64,000 nucleotides of DNA from an uncultured Acidobacteriota bacterium (GCA_963813345.1 CAWEYR010000014.1:66874-130873), one strand, 5' to 3'; shown: positions 22,077 through 34,962, numbered from the stretch's first letter. Numbers and translations are program-made. Notes: generated by a model from the letters alone, not told the origin.

Positions 22077-23396
22077 TCACTGCAGACGCGCCAGTGCTCT
22101 GGCAGCCGCGCCTACGGTTGCGTCAATCAGATCGTCCGAATGCGCCGTCGAAACGAAGCACGCTTCGAACTGTGATGGCGGTAAATAGATTCCCTCGGCA
22201 AGCATGGCGTGGAAATATCGCGCGTAAAGGTCGCGATTGGCCTTGCTCGCACTGGTCCAGTCCCGAACATCCTCGCTCGTAAAGAAGAGAGTGAACATCG
22301 AGCCGACGCGGTTGGCCCGGGTCTCGATGCCCAGCTTTTGAGCTTCCGCCGTGATTCGCGTCACCAGCGATTCGGTGCGCTCAGCGAGCTGTTCATAGAT
22401 GTTGAGTTCTTTTATCAGTCTTAATGCCGTCAACCCTGCTGTCACCGCGAGAGGATTCCCTGAGAGCGTGCCTGCCTGGTAAACAGGACCAACAGGAGCC
22501 AGCTGGTCCATCACATCATCCTTACCTCCAAACGCCCCGACAGGCAGTCCTCCGCCAATTATTTTGCCAAGACAGGTCAGATCGGGCTCGATGGAATAAT
22601 ATTCCTGCGCGCCTCCGCGGGCGATTCGAAACCCGGTCATCACCTCATCAAAGATAAGAAGCGCATTATGCGCGCGCGTCAGACTTCGTACGTGTTCAAG
22701 GAATCCGGAAACCGGCGGGACACATCCCATATTACCGGCTACCGGTTCTATGATAACGGCTGCAATCTCAGATCCAATCGTGTCAAAAACCTCTGTCAGA
22801 GCCTGACTGTCGTTAAAGGGCACAGTGATAGTGGCCTGAGCAAGTTCTGGAAGGACGCCCGGCGAGTCTGGCAGCCCGAGCGTCGCGACTCCGGAGCCCG
22901 CGCGTACCAGGAGGCTATCTCCGTGTCCGTGATAGCAACCTTCGAACTTAACGATCTTCGGGCGGCCAGTAAACCCGCGAGCGAGTCTAAGGGCAGACAT
23001 CGTCGCTTCGGTGCCACTTGAAGTCAGCCGGAGCTTCCTGATCGAAGGAAAAGCCTCGATCACCTCCTCTGCGAGTTCGATTTCGAGTTTAGTCGGGGCG
23101 CCGAAGCTGGTACCACTCTCTGCTGCTTTGCGAACAGCGGCTATGATCTCTGCGCGAGCGTGTCCGAGGATCATTGGCCCCCACGAGCCAACATAATCGA
23201 TATAGCGGCCACCATCCTCGTCGTGAAGAAAAGCTCCACTCGCGGCCTTAATGAAAAGGGGGGTGCCACCAACTGCCTTAAACGCGCGAACTGGACTGTT
23301 CACGCCCCCGGGAATGACAGATCGTGCGCGTTCGAAGAGCTGCTGGGAGCGTGGGAATGTGCTGACCTGATCTGCTTTTTGCATTTTCTTCTTCAC
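22077..23396 (-). CDS. hemL: Glutamate-1-semialdehyde 2,1-aminomutase
   Basis: 439-aa ORF with IPGGVNSPVRAF and the class-III aminotransferase pattern. The start could be the ATG at 23384. Confidence 0.95.
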   Translation of the reverse strand: MKKKMQKADQVSTFPRSQQLFERARSVIPGGVNSPVRAFKAVGGTPLFIKAASGAFLHDEDGGRYIDYVGSWGPMILGHARAEIIAAVRKAAESGTSFGAPTKLEIELAEEVIEAFPSIRKLRLTSSGTEATMSALRLARGFTGRPKIVKFEGCYHGHGDSLLVRAGSGVATLGLPDSPGVLPELAQATITVPFNDSQALTEVFDTIGSEIAAVIIEPVAGNMGCVPPVSGFLEHVRSLTRAHNALLIFDEVMTGFRIARGGAQEYYSIEPDLTCLGKIIGGGLPVGAFGGKDDVMDQLAPVGPVYQAGTLSGNPLAVTAGLTALRLIKELNIYEQLAERTESLVTRITAEAQKLGIETRANRVGSMFTLFFTSEDVRDWTSASKANRDLYARYFHAMLAEGIYLPPSQFEACFVSTAHSDDLIDATVGAAARALARLQ

Positions 23397-23568
23397 TGTC
23401 GGTTACGAATGTAATACGGACCGTCACTCGCCCTCTTTGCAAAGACGTGGCGAGCCTGCTGCCGGTCTCTATCTTGTCCCAATGGCTCACCTTGCGTCAA
23501 AGCGGGTGCCTGTGTGATTATGATCGTTCGTGCAGACGACCTCAATAACCCTATATGGGAGGAATTCT

Positions 23569-24279
23569 TTGAGTCCGGAACTCAGTCAACTGCTCTCCCT
23601 ACAGGAGACAGACCTCGAAATCAAACGCATAACCGACGAAATTGCGACTTTTCCATCCCGCCAGCTAGAAATCGAGCAACAATTCGAAGAATCAGCCAGC
23701 GAGCTATTGAACCTCAAGCGTGAGTTCGAAACTGCGGTTGCGACTCGCATCCGTCTCGAAGCCGACCTGGTTACCGAACAGCAGAAGCACGAGAAATTCA
23801 AAGCTGATCTCATGCGCGCAACCAATGAGAAGGAATACACTACGGCTGTTCGCGAGATCGACGTCACCAAAAGGGCGATTAGTACGTTTGAAACGGAACT
23901 CCTGAAGTTGATGGAGAAGATCGATCAGCTGGACGTCGGTGTCAAAGAGCGGACTCCAGAGCTCGAGCGCCGCAGAGCTGAATTTGACCGCCAGCTTGAC
24001 GAGATCGCGACGTCGGTCGAGAAAGGCCAGCAGCGCCTTTCTTCGATAACGAGCGAACGAGAGCAGCTTTACAGCACGCTTTCCGGCACCGCGAAGGCCC
24101 TTTACGACAGGGCATCCAGGCTTAGAGGTGGAGTTGTACTTGCTGAGGCCCGCGAGTATTCGTGTCAGGCCTGCCGGATGAAGATTCGACCTCAGGTATT
24201 CAATGACATCCGCCGCGGAGACACCATCATCACGTGCGAGAGCTGCGCCAGAGTTCTCTACTATCGGGCTACGGGTTGA
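23569..24279 (+). CDS. Coiled-coil protein with a C4 zinc-ribbon (DUF164/zf-RING_7 family)
   Basis: Long heptad-rich region ending in CQACRMKI...CESCARVLY. TTG at 23569 is preceded by GGGAGG 6 nt upstream. The ORF is open from 23530. Confidence 0.75.
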   Translation: MSPELSQLLSLQETDLEIKRITDEIATFPSRQLEIEQQFEESASELLNLKREFETAVATRIRLEADLVTEQQKHEKFKADLMRATNEKEYTTAVREIDVTKRAISTFETELLKLMEKIDQLDVGVKERTPELERRRAEFDRQLDEIATSVEKGQQRLSSITSEREQLYSTLSGTAKALYDRASRLRGGVVLAEAREYSCQACRMKIRPQVFNDIRRGDTIITCESCARVLYYRATG

Positions 24280-25010
24280 CGGCGCTGCCGGAGCGCTTCA
24301 AAAATCACGATTCCCGCCGCAACGCTCACATTCAGAGAATTCACTTTCCCTTTCATTTCTATCGAGACGATGACATCTGATCGCTCTCGAACAAGCCTTC
24401 GGAGCCCTTTCCCTTCGCTTCCGAGCACCAGCGCAAGAGGCACCTTGAGATCAAACTCTGTGTAGAGAGTCGGTGCGCCGGCTTCTACGCCAACGACCCA
24501 GAAGCCTCGCGACTTGAGCTCTTCGATCAGTGACACAAGATTAGTCACGCGTGCCACCCGCACATATTCGACTGCACCGGCCGAAGTCTTCGCGACCGTC
24601 TCATTGATCGGAGCCGAGCGATGTTCGGGCAGGAAGACTCCATCGACTCCTGCACACTCGCACGTCCTCAGAATAGCACCCAGATTGTGCGGGTCCTCGA
24701 CACCATCAAGCAGTACCACGAGCGGGTGCTCGCTGAGCGAGGCAAGGATGTCTTCCGCGTCGACATACTGCTGGCGGCGGTCTGTGGTGAGTAGAGCGAC
24801 GACACCCTGATGGTTGGCATTCTTTGTGAGCTGATCGAGGTGGCGCTTTTCGCGACGCTCGAATCGCGTACCAGCTTTGCGTGCGAGCGCTTCAATTGCA
24901 TCGATACGCGGGGCTTTGGCCCCCTCAGCCAGAATAAGCTTCGCAATCCCTCGACGCCGCGATTTCAGCGCCTCCTCAACAGGAGAAATGCCGTAGATAA
25001 GTTCCTGCAT
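24261..25010 (-). CDS. rlmB: 23S rRNA (guanosine-2'-O)-methyltransferase RlmB-like (TrmH/SpoU group 3)
   Basis: The start MQELIYGISPVEEAL is the SpoU substrate-binding N-terminus. C-terminal SpoU motifs are LVLGSEGKGL and SLNVSVAAGI. The longer ORF to 25202 is translated intergenic sequence. Confidence 0.85.
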   Translation of the reverse strand: MQELIYGISPVEEALKSRRRGIAKLILAEGAKAPRIDAIEALARKAGTRFERREKRHLDQLTKNANHQGVVALLTTDRRQQYVDAEDILASLSEHPLVVLLDGVEDPHNLGAILRTCECAGVDGVFLPEHRSAPINETVAKTSAGAVEYVRVARVTNLVSLIEELKSRGFWVVGVEAGAPTLYTEFDLKVPLALVLGSEGKGLRRLVRERSDVIVSIEMKGKVNSLNVSVAAGIVIFEALRQRRQPVAR

Positions 25011-25027
25011 TGTAGTAGAGCCTTCAG

Positions 25028-25055
25028 GCAGCAAGCTGAAGCTTGAACTCCGTAC
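25028..25055. repeat. Half-unit of REP family C
   Basis: CAGCAAGCTGAAGCTTGAACTCCGTAC matches one arm of the 53563-53637 palindrome. No partner arm is nearby. Confidence 0.6.
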
Positions 25056-25089
25056 ATGAATTATACCGGTTTGATTTTGAATCGTTGAG

Positions 25090-25956
25090 GTGAATAATCG
25101 GATTGTGGTGAACAAGCGAGATTTAGCCGTAGCGGCAGCCGTTCTGGGTATGTTTTGCATTTCAGCAGCATGCGCGATAACCCGCCCTGAAGGCGATGTC
25201 ACGGCGCAATCTACAATCGAGGGCTATCCCGCCATAATTGAAGCCACTCCACAGCGCCGTCAGAGCGGCAATATCGCGTGGCGACTTTTTCTTGCCGAAC
25301 ATGGGGCCAGGCAAATCGACCCCGATCTTCATCCGATTTTGAGGACTCCGGTCTCATTGCCCTCCGAACTCGCCGGCAGGGTCAAGCTTGTGTCCGGATC
25401 CACTGAGCTGACAGAGGAGAGTGCACGCGAAGCGCTACGTGTCTTTATCGAGCGGCAGATGCCGATACTCTCTGGACGAGATCGTACGGCTGCTCTCTCG
25501 CTGAAGGATCTTTCGCTGGTGAAGTTTGTAAGCGATGCTTCGAGTTTCTCAGCGATTTATCAGCAGATGAATTTTGGATATCCATTATCCGGTGAGATGG
25601 GCAAACTTGAGATTGCCATCAGCAAGTCAGGTGAGCTTGTTTCCCTGAAGAGCCTTCTCGTTCCGCGCCTTGACCTTCCTCGAAAGCCTCAAATCGAAAA
25701 CACAGGACTTGCTGAAAAGATGCTCGAGCGCGAGTTCACATATTCGGCAATCGATGGGCGGCCGCTTACCTACAGGGTTCGTGGCGTGGAAGAGGTGAGC
25801 GTCAAGGGGATTGTTGTTTATCCGAAGGAAGAGAACGATCGAATGCTCCTGTATCTTGCCTATCCCGTTGAGGTGGGTCGCGGAACAACCTGGACCATCT
25901 ACATTGACGCGGTGACCGGTAACGAGATTGCTGTGGTCCAAAACTTCGTCACCTGA
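25090..25956 (+). CDS. Hypothetical lipoprotein
   Basis: 288-aa ORF with the lipobox-like ISAAC after a hydrophobic stretch. No confident family. Confidence 0.6.
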   Translation: MNNRIVVNKRDLAVAAAVLGMFCISAACAITRPEGDVTAQSTIEGYPAIIEATPQRRQSGNIAWRLFLAEHGARQIDPDLHPILRTPVSLPSELAGRVKLVSGSTELTEESAREALRVFIERQMPILSGRDRTAALSLKDLSLVKFVSDASSFSAIYQQMNFGYPLSGEMGKLEIAISKSGELVSLKSLLVPRLDLPRKPQIENTGLAEKMLEREFTYSAIDGRPLTYRVRGVEEVSVKGIVVYPKEENDRMLLYLAYPVEVGRGTTWTIYIDAVTGNEIAVVQNFVT

Positions 25957-25973
25957 GATCGGGTGGAACATCA

Positions 25974-26861
25974 ATGAAAATCTGGCTTTCGTTTTTCGTG
26001 CTGGTCTGTATCTTTGTCCCGATACCGGCCCAACACCGTCTGGAGAGTGCGCGCGAATCGGTAGAGAAATTGATCCGGGAGAGTGGAGCGCAGGACGTTG
26101 CGGTCGCAGTCAACCGCAGCAGTTCGCACGAACGACTGTTAATCAACGAGCGCGTCATTCTTCACGCTGCAAGCACGATGAAGCTTCCGGTAATGATGAA
26201 GATCTTTGAGCTGGCAGCAAAAGGCAAGCTGTCTCTGGAAGGAGCGATCGAAATCAGGAATGAATTCCCGAGCATTGTCGATGGAACTCCGTATTCGCTT
26301 CGAAAGGAGGATGATGGCGAACAAACGTTGTATGCGCGTGCGGGCGAAACTGCAACCATACTTGATCTTGTAGACAAGATGATTGTCAGGAGCAGCAATC
26401 TCGCAACGAACCTGCTCATCGAGAAGGCCGGCGCCGAGAGCGTTACACAACTGATTCGTAATCTCGGAGGCCGGGATATGACAGTTAGAAGAGGCGTGGA
26501 AGACGGCAAAGCTTTCCGCGCGGGAATCAACAACACGACGACTGCTTACGATTTAATGATTTTGCTGGACGCGATTGCGGAGACGCGCTTTCTCGACAAG
26601 CAATCGTGCGATCAGATGATCGGAATTCTGAGCAGGCAGGAATTCAACGAGGGGATTCCAGCAGGTTTGCCCCCAGGAACGCGTGTTGCGCACAAGACCG
26701 GATCCATTACTGCGATTCGACACGATGCGGGGATCGTCTTTCCGCACGGAAAGAAACCATACGTTCTGGTGATACTCACTCGTGGAATCAAAGATGAAAA
26801 GCGCGCAGATGAACTGATCGCAGGCATTACGCGAATCATTCACCGCGCGCTTGAGAACTAG
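25974..26861 (+). CDS. Class A beta-lactamase-related serine hydrolase
   Basis: Signal peptide plus the SxxK (ASTMK), SxN (SSN) and KTG (HKTGS) motifs in canonical order. Confidence 0.8.
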   Translation: MKIWLSFFVLVCIFVPIPAQHRLESARESVEKLIRESGAQDVAVAVNRSSSHERLLINERVILHAASTMKLPVMMKIFELAAKGKLSLEGAIEIRNEFPSIVDGTPYSLRKEDDGEQTLYARAGETATILDLVDKMIVRSSNLATNLLIEKAGAESVTQLIRNLGGRDMTVRRGVEDGKAFRAGINNTTTAYDLMILLDAIAETRFLDKQSCDQMIGILSRQEFNEGIPAGLPPGTRVAHKTGSITAIRHDAGIVFPHGKKPYVLVILTRGIKDEKRADELIAGITRIIHRALEN

Positions 26862-26864
26862 TGC

Positions 26865-26962
26865 CCTATTTGGAGTGCGGCGACTCGGCGCCGCTTTAGT
26901 GTCCCCACGAATAGTGCGGCACGAGACTAAAGCGGCGCCGAGCCGCCGCACTCCAAATTCGG
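26865..26962. repeat. Palindromic REP-like element (family D)
   Basis: CCTATTTGGAGTGCGGCGACTCGGCGCCGCTTTAG and its reverse complement flank a ~25-nt loop. It sits between convergent genes. A second copy lies at 59495-59592. Confidence 0.85.
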
Positions 26963-27763
26963 TACTACTTTCGCACGTAATTCGACGTTTCCAGAGATCG
27001 ACTTGAGTGTCAGTTTGCGGGCTCCGCCACCCACCACACCCGTAGCTCGTTGGCCCGGTCCATGTTCCTTCTTTTCAATGTTCAGCGGGAAATCGGTCCT
27101 CAGGTCACCACTCAGCACCGACATCTCAACAGTTGCATCGAGACTGCCGGGAAGCTTGACGTTCACATTTCCGCTGGTCGATGCGAATTCCATGCCTTCG
27201 GCACCAGACAACTTGTTGATTGACACTTCTACATTCCCACTGACCGACTTACCGCTGACACTTCCAGCGATTTCGCCGACTTCGACATTTCCACTTGTCG
27301 ATGAGGCATTTATGTCACCCGTGACGTGCTGGACCGCGACGTTGCCGCTCACCGACCTGGCTTTCAGACTGCCGGCAACCCCGGAAACTTTAACATTGCC
27401 GCTGACGCTCGAAATCGCGTCAAAGCGGTACTTTACGGATGTTGGTACCTGTACTTCGAAACGAATCGAAGCGTCGCAATCACACCTTTCCGGATACGCA
27501 ACACTGATATCTACTCGGTTCGCCCCGCTGTTGTCTACGACCTGAATCTTGTCACGGTCGCGCCCTTCCCGAAAGCCCTTAACAACAACGACTTCGCCCT
27601 CGTAGCCGGAGACGGCGACATCTCCCGATATGTTCTTGATACTGACGGTCCCATCCGGACCGAGAGTGAACGTCCTTGTAAAGTCCTGAGCCGAGACCGT
27701 AAGTCCGGCCATCACCAGCACCACCATTGATAAGGCAAGCGCGCGCAATAATTTCGATTTCAT
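26927..27763 (-). CDS. DUF4097-like repeat protein (putative adhesin/beta-helix), secreted
   Basis: Signal peptide MKSKLLRALALSMVVLVMAGLTVSA, then repeated SGDVAV/SGNVKV/SGNVAV/SGNVEV units. The last ~12 codons lie inside REP family D. The ORF is open to 27817. Confidence 0.7.
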   Translation of the reverse strand: MKSKLLRALALSMVVLVMAGLTVSAQDFTRTFTLGPDGTVSIKNISGDVAVSGYEGEVVVVKGFREGRDRDKIQVVDNSGANRVDISVAYPERCDCDASIRFEVQVPTSVKYRFDAISSVSGNVKVSGVAGSLKARSVSGNVAVQHVTGDINASSTSGNVEVGEIAGSVSGKSVSGNVEVSINKLSGAEGMEFASTSGNVNVKLPGSLDATVEMSVLSGDLRTDFPLNIEKKEHGPGQRATGVVGGGARKLTLKSISGNVELRAKVVPNLECGGSAPL

Positions 27764-27813
27764 CTGCGGAGAACTCCTTTCGTAATAACCGTAGTTGAGC
27801 CTGATTTTTCCGT

Positions 27814-28560
27814 TCACCGCAGTGAGTGATGCTCGATCACAAAAGGTTTCAAACTCAGCACCGCAGCGCTCAGCACCTTTTCCCGAATGTGAAGAGCAAG
27901 CTTACTCAGGTCTGATGGAAAGAAGACCGGCAGGTGGGTGTCCACAATTCCGTCAAGCGCCAATCCTTCCGAGGAATTGAAGACTACGTCGATCTGTCCT
28001 TTGCGCAGCGCCCGAAGGGCAGTCGATTTGAGCCGATTCTCTGGGCCTGACAGCGTAAGAATCGAAACCGACGGGCGCAGGAACTCGAGGATGCTCGTGC
28101 CTTCAATAAGAACGCCAGGGCCCTTGACGCGTTCCAATGCGAGTTCGATTCCACGCTCGATCTGGCTTGTAGTAGCGATCAGCCAGTGGACATTGCTCGC
28201 GCCGGCATCCCAAAAGCGCCCGGTATCTTTGGTTGGAATGTCCGTGAGATTTCGCTCCGACAAAACTTTGGGAGCATTTCCAAGTAAATGGCTGACGCAG
28301 CAGATATCGGGATCCCGGCCACACGAGCGATAGTGTCCCCGCGTTACCTTGATCGCTTCCCAGCCAGGAAAATGCTTGAGCAGTTGGCAGACGAGCGTCG
28401 TCTTTCCAACGTTCGACGACGCTCCCGCAACTACTACGACCGGGATTTGCATATTTGAAGTGGCCTGTAGTACCGCCTTGACCGCGGAATTTGAGATTAG
28501 AGAATTGAGATTTGATATCAGCATAGTTAGTGTTCTTAGCACTCTCGGAAACGTATTCAT
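27814..28560 (-). CDS. P-loop NTPase, MobB-like (putative)
   Basis: VVVAGASSNVGKTTLV Walker A motif near the N-terminus. An alternative start is the ATG at 28452. The family call is tentative. Confidence 0.5.
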   Translation of the reverse strand: MNTFPRVLRTLTMLISNLNSLISNSAVKAVLQATSNMQIPVVVVAGASSNVGKTTLVCQLLKHFPGWEAIKVTRGHYRSCGRDPDICCVSHLLGNAPKVLSERNLTDIPTKDTGRFWDAGASNVHWLIATTSQIERGIELALERVKGPGVLIEGTSILEFLRPSVSILTLSGPENRLKSTALRALRKGQIDVVFNSSEGLALDGIVDTHLPVFFPSDLSKLALHIREKVLSAAVLSLKPFVIEHHSLR

Positions 28561-28614
28561 CTGACAACTCTCTGCATTCTCTGCGGTGAAAGGCGGTACT
28601 ACATCCCGTCCTCT

Positions 28615-31398
<2,784 letters not shown>

Positions 31399-31414
31399 TA
31401 TTGACTTCTTCTCC

Positions 31415-32183
31415 TTATTGATTGTTATTTGTGACGCGTAGACGGTCGACAAAAGCGACCGACTTCAAATCGCGTTCAATAGTGCGGCGTATTAATTTTG
31501 AGGCGAGTGTGCCGATCTGCTGGAGCATCCGGCTATCGCGCTTGATTGAGAAAAAATCGACTGGGTTCCTGGTTAGGATATCTTTGAGTCCTGCAAGCAC
31601 TTCGCGCCGTAGTTCGTCCCCGCGCCTCCCACTGCAGGACAGACAAAGCGGGGCGCCTTCACTGGTCATCCACACGGATTGCTCCTGCGGAGAGGCTGCG
31701 GCTGCAGACGTGACAGGTGCTGAGATCAGCCAAAAAGCCCGAAAGCCTGAGCATCCATACCTCGAAATAGCGCGAGATTGCAGGAAGCTCGCGTGCGCCC
31801 GATAAACTCATTGCTTCAATCGTTGCTCCTACCAATCTGTAGACCCGTTCATTTGGCTCGTGATCGGGAACAAACTCAATGACGAGCTCGGCAATATAGT
31901 GCAGTGCTCCGAGCCGTTCGGAGGTGATTTCGTCACTGAACTGCGGCCTGATAATGTCGCAGGTCGAGATCGAAACAAGTTCCTGATTCTCCTTCTGATA
32001 GTAGCTCAAAGCGACCTCAGTCAGCGGCTCGAGACTCGAGCCAAAGCGGCTGCGGAGCTTTCTGGCTCCCTTGGCGACTGCGCGCACCTTGCCTGCATCT
32101 CTCGTAAACAGGACACATATCTTGTCTGCCTCTTTCAGCGTATAGGTCCGCAACACAAAGGCGTCGGTCCGGTGAAGCGGCAT
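31415..32183 (-). CDS. recO: DNA repair protein RecO. Frame broken around 31660-31715.
   Basis: The start MPLHRTDAFVLRTYTLKEADKI is the RecO OB-fold N-terminus. The CHVC...CLSC zinc motif is split between ORF 31659..32501 and ORF 31415..31675. Confidence 0.85.
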
Positions 32184-32237
32184 AAACCAACATTTTATCG
32201 ACTGGAGCAGGGTTAGTAAATGGAAGCAGGTTCCAGG

Positions 32238-32306
32238 GCATGTAGTACCGCCTTCAGGCGGAATGGTTGGCACGGAAGATTCCGCCTGAAGGCGGTACAA
32301 CGTGCC
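32238..32306. repeat. Inverted pair of REP family A units
   Basis: GCATGTAGTACCGCCTTCAGGCGGAAT, a 14-nt spacer, then ATTCCGCCTGAAGGCGGTACAACGTGCC. Confidence 0.8.
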
Positions 32307-32482
32307 TAAAACGGCAGGGGATAGAGTACCCAGGCGATGGCGAGGCCCAGGAGAACGAAGTACCCGAAGACTTTCGCTCCGTAGCGCAGACGTTGCGCCG
32401 GCGTCGGGTGATCTGACGAAAGTGCGGCGAAAACGATCGAAACGAGCAGACTGTAGAGAAGAAGAGCCAGAAAATGGGTCAT
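32306..32482 (-). CDS. Small two-helix membrane protein (58 aa, not in the ORF track)
   Basis: Hand translation: MTHFLALLLYSLLVSIVFAALSSDHPTPAQRLRYGAKVFGYFVLLGLAIAWVLYPLPF. Its ATG overlaps the TGA of the upstream gene (ATGA at 32479-32482). Confidence 0.45.
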   Translation of the reverse strand: MTHFLALLLYSLLVSIVFAALSSDHPTPAQRLRYGAKVFGYFVLLGLAIAWVLYPLPF

Positions 32483-32940
32483 CCCTTCCTCCCCACCGCA
32501 ATATCGAAAGCGTCGAGGGTTGCCAGCATATTTAATGCTCCCGCAACCATCAAAAACGTGTTACCGTATTCGAAAGTGATCTTCGCGGCCTGGGTCGGGT
32601 CGACTTTGAATCCGATATCGGCTGCGAGGCAGACGAAATAAGCGAGGCCTATGCCGGTGTCAAGAAAGCTGAAGAACCATGTCAGCCACTCCCCGGCCAC
32701 GGGGAAATAGAGATGACCTTCCATGAGAAACCCCAGGAGGAACATGGCGATGATTCCCGACCCTATTAGGACGCCACGCGTGTAACGCCGCAGAAGCACG
32801 TGTCCCAGCCCCGGTAAGACGAGGGCCGCGACACAAACCACTATCTGCCGGGTTCTCGAAACCGGCATGGGAAGTGGGACTGAAGTTATTGACGGCGAGC
32901 GTTCCTCTGCGGCCAAGCGATCTCCGATAAACTTAAACAA
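32479..32940 (-). CDS. Hypothetical integral membrane protein
   Basis: 153-aa ORF with about four hydrophobic helices and the GLGHVLLRRYTRG motif. No confident family. Confidence 0.6.
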   Translation of the reverse strand: MFKFIGDRLAAEERSPSITSVPLPMPVSRTRQIVVCVAALVLPGLGHVLLRRYTRGVLIGSGIIAMFLLGFLMEGHLYFPVAGEWLTWFFSFLDTGIGLAYFVCLAADIGFKVDPTQAAKITFEYGNTFLMVAGALNMLATLDAFDIAVGRKG

Positions 32941-32999
32941 GCATTAGCCTTGGAGAGTCATTCTAAGTACGCTCTCGTGGGCTGTCAAACGTAATCGCT

Positions 33000-34398
33000 A
33001 TGAGTGAAAAACAAAGCAGCACTATGTCTATGATTCGCGAAGCTCTTATGGGCACGCAACGCGATTTTACAGAAGACAGCATCGGCCGCGCGATCTTCAT
33101 CCTCTCGGTTCCCATGGTCCTCGAGATGTGTATGGAATCGCTATTCGGCATCGTCAATGTCTTCTGGGTTTCCCGGTTGGGCGCTGACGCGGTTGCCGCG
33201 GTCGGAATTACGGAATCGCTTCTCACGATAATCTTTGCCATTGCGCTGGGCTTGAGCATGGCGACAACTGCGGTCGTCGCACGTAGAACCGGCGAAAAAG
33301 ACAGCAAGGGCGCAGCCATTGCCGCAGTGCAGGGGATTATCCTGGGAGTAGCCGTGTCAGTGCCGATCGGGCTGATTGGGCTCCTCTTTGCGACGGACCT
33401 TCTGCGAGTAATGGGAGCCACGCCTGAAGTCATCACGACTGGTAGCAGCTACACGAAGATTGTGCTTGGGCTTAACGTCGTGGTCATGCTCCTTTTTCTG
33501 GTCAACGCGGTATTCCGTGGAGCGGGCGACGCGACCGTGGCTATGCGGTCACTTTGGCTCGGGAATCTGATAAATCTTGTTCTCGATCCCTGTCTGATCT
33601 TCGGTCTTGGCCCGTTCCCTGAACTGGGAGTAATGGGATCAGCGATCGCGACCACCATCGGCAGAGGAGCCGGTGTCGTCTATCAGTTTGCGATGCTGTT
33701 TTCAAAGCGAAGCAGAATCGTGCTGCGTCGCGACGACATCAGGTTCGAGCCGGAGATTGCGCTGAACATGCTTCGCATTTCACTGGGAGGGATGTTTCAG
33801 TACCTTGTAGCGACAGCAAGCTGGCTGGCGTCTCGTCCGCATCGTCGCAGTTTTTGGGAGTGCGGCCCTTGCGGGTTACACGATCGCGATCAGGATCATC
33901 ATCGTTGCCCTTCTGCCATCGTGGGGAATGAGCAACGCAGCAGCGACGCTTGTGGGCCAGAATCTTGGCGCCGCAAAACCGGATCGCGCAGAAAAGTCGG
34001 TCTGGATCACGGGGCTCGCCAACATGGTCTTCCTGGGAATCGTCGCGATCGTCTTCATCTTTCTTGCGGAGCCGGTGATTGGCATCTTCACTTCAGACCC
34101 GGATGTAGTTCCGTATGGCGTGGCGTGTCTGCGTTACATCAGTTACGGCTACATCTTCTATGCCTTCGGAATGGTGATGGTCCAATCGTTCAACGGCGCA
34201 GGTGACACATTCACTCCAACGTTGATCAATCTGTTCTGTTACTGGCTCTTTCAGATTCCGCTGGCGGCCTATCTGGCACTAATGACGAGACTCGAAGCAA
34301 GAGGCGTCTTTCTGGCGATCACGTTCTCCGAGTCCGCGCTTGCACTGGTCGCAATGTGGGCCTTCCAACGCGGCACGTGGAAGGAAAAGAAGGTGTGA
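33000..34398 (+). CDS. MATE-family efflux transporter. Frame broken at about 33811-33834.
   Basis: ORF 33000..34205 is MATE-like up to ...[10 protein letters not shown]. The +1 frame then reads [24 protein letters not shown]...[15 protein letters not shown], which is the frame of ORF 33928..34398. Confidence 0.9.
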
Positions 34399-34401
34399 CG
34401 A

Positions 34402-34639
34402 CCTGGGAGCGTCGCCGCTCCTGGGAGCGCCGGTCTCCGACCGGCCACGAGCCGCGAAGCGTGCGAGTCTTCAGCACAAGGACTCTCCAGGACTCGCACG
34501 CTTCGCGCCTGGGAGCGCCGGTCTCCGACCGGCCACGAGCCGCGAAGCGCGCGAGTCTTCAGCACAAGGACTCTCCACGACTCGCGCGCTTCGCGGCTCG
34601 TGGCCGGTCGGAGACCGGCGCTCCCAGTGCGCTCCCAGG
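34402..34639. repeat. REP family B locus: one truncated and one complete palindrome
   Basis: The left arm CCTGGGAGCGCCGGTCTCCGACCGGCCACGAGCCGCGAAGCG occurs twice in direct orientation (34420 and 34508). The full reverse-complement arm ends at 34627. The locus sits between convergent genes. Confidence 0.85.
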
Positions 34640-34641
34640 TA

Positions 34642-34962
34642 CTAAGGAGTCCGGTTCGAGAGGCGCTTGTAGTACTCGTCCACTAGTTTGCGGTATTTCT
34701 CAGGCGCCTCGCCCTGATCGGATAACCTCAAGTTGTTCTTTCCGAGTCTGGCTTGAAGCCGCCGGCTGAATTCCATCTCGACGCCACGAATTGGATCGAC
34801 TACCTGGGCTTTCAGCAGTGCTGCCGTTTGCATGTCGTCCTTATACTGGGCGTTGGTCATCTGCCTGAGCGCTTCGATTGCCTGGTCGAGCCCGCGTGTC
34901 AGTTCTCGATCCCGTCCGATAGATCGACGAAGGTCCTCGAGATCACGCAAGCGATCCCGCAT
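34642..34962 (-). CDS. Conserved C-terminal module, probably the true 3' end of the large DUF4175-like gene upstream (or a separate 106-aa gene)
   Basis: Clean ORF in the same frame as 35101..38388, separated from it by a TGA at 35101-35103. Its ending EKYRKLVDEYYKRLS looks like the conserved tail of this protein family (by eye). Confidence 0.55.
   Translation of the reverse strand: MRDRLRDLEDLRRSIGRDRELTRGLDQAIEALRQMTNAQYKDDMQTAALLKAQVVDPIRGVEMEFSRRLQARLGKNNLRLSDQGEAPEKYRKLVDEYYKRLSNRTP

Noticed and set aside
27814-28560. A link between the MobB-like P-loop gene and the molybdopterin oxidoreductase at 16836, as a molybdenum-cofactor locus.
   Set aside because: The genes are 9 kb apart on opposite strands with unrelated genes between them. 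No moa/moe/mobA genes are present, and the MobB assignment itself is tentative.
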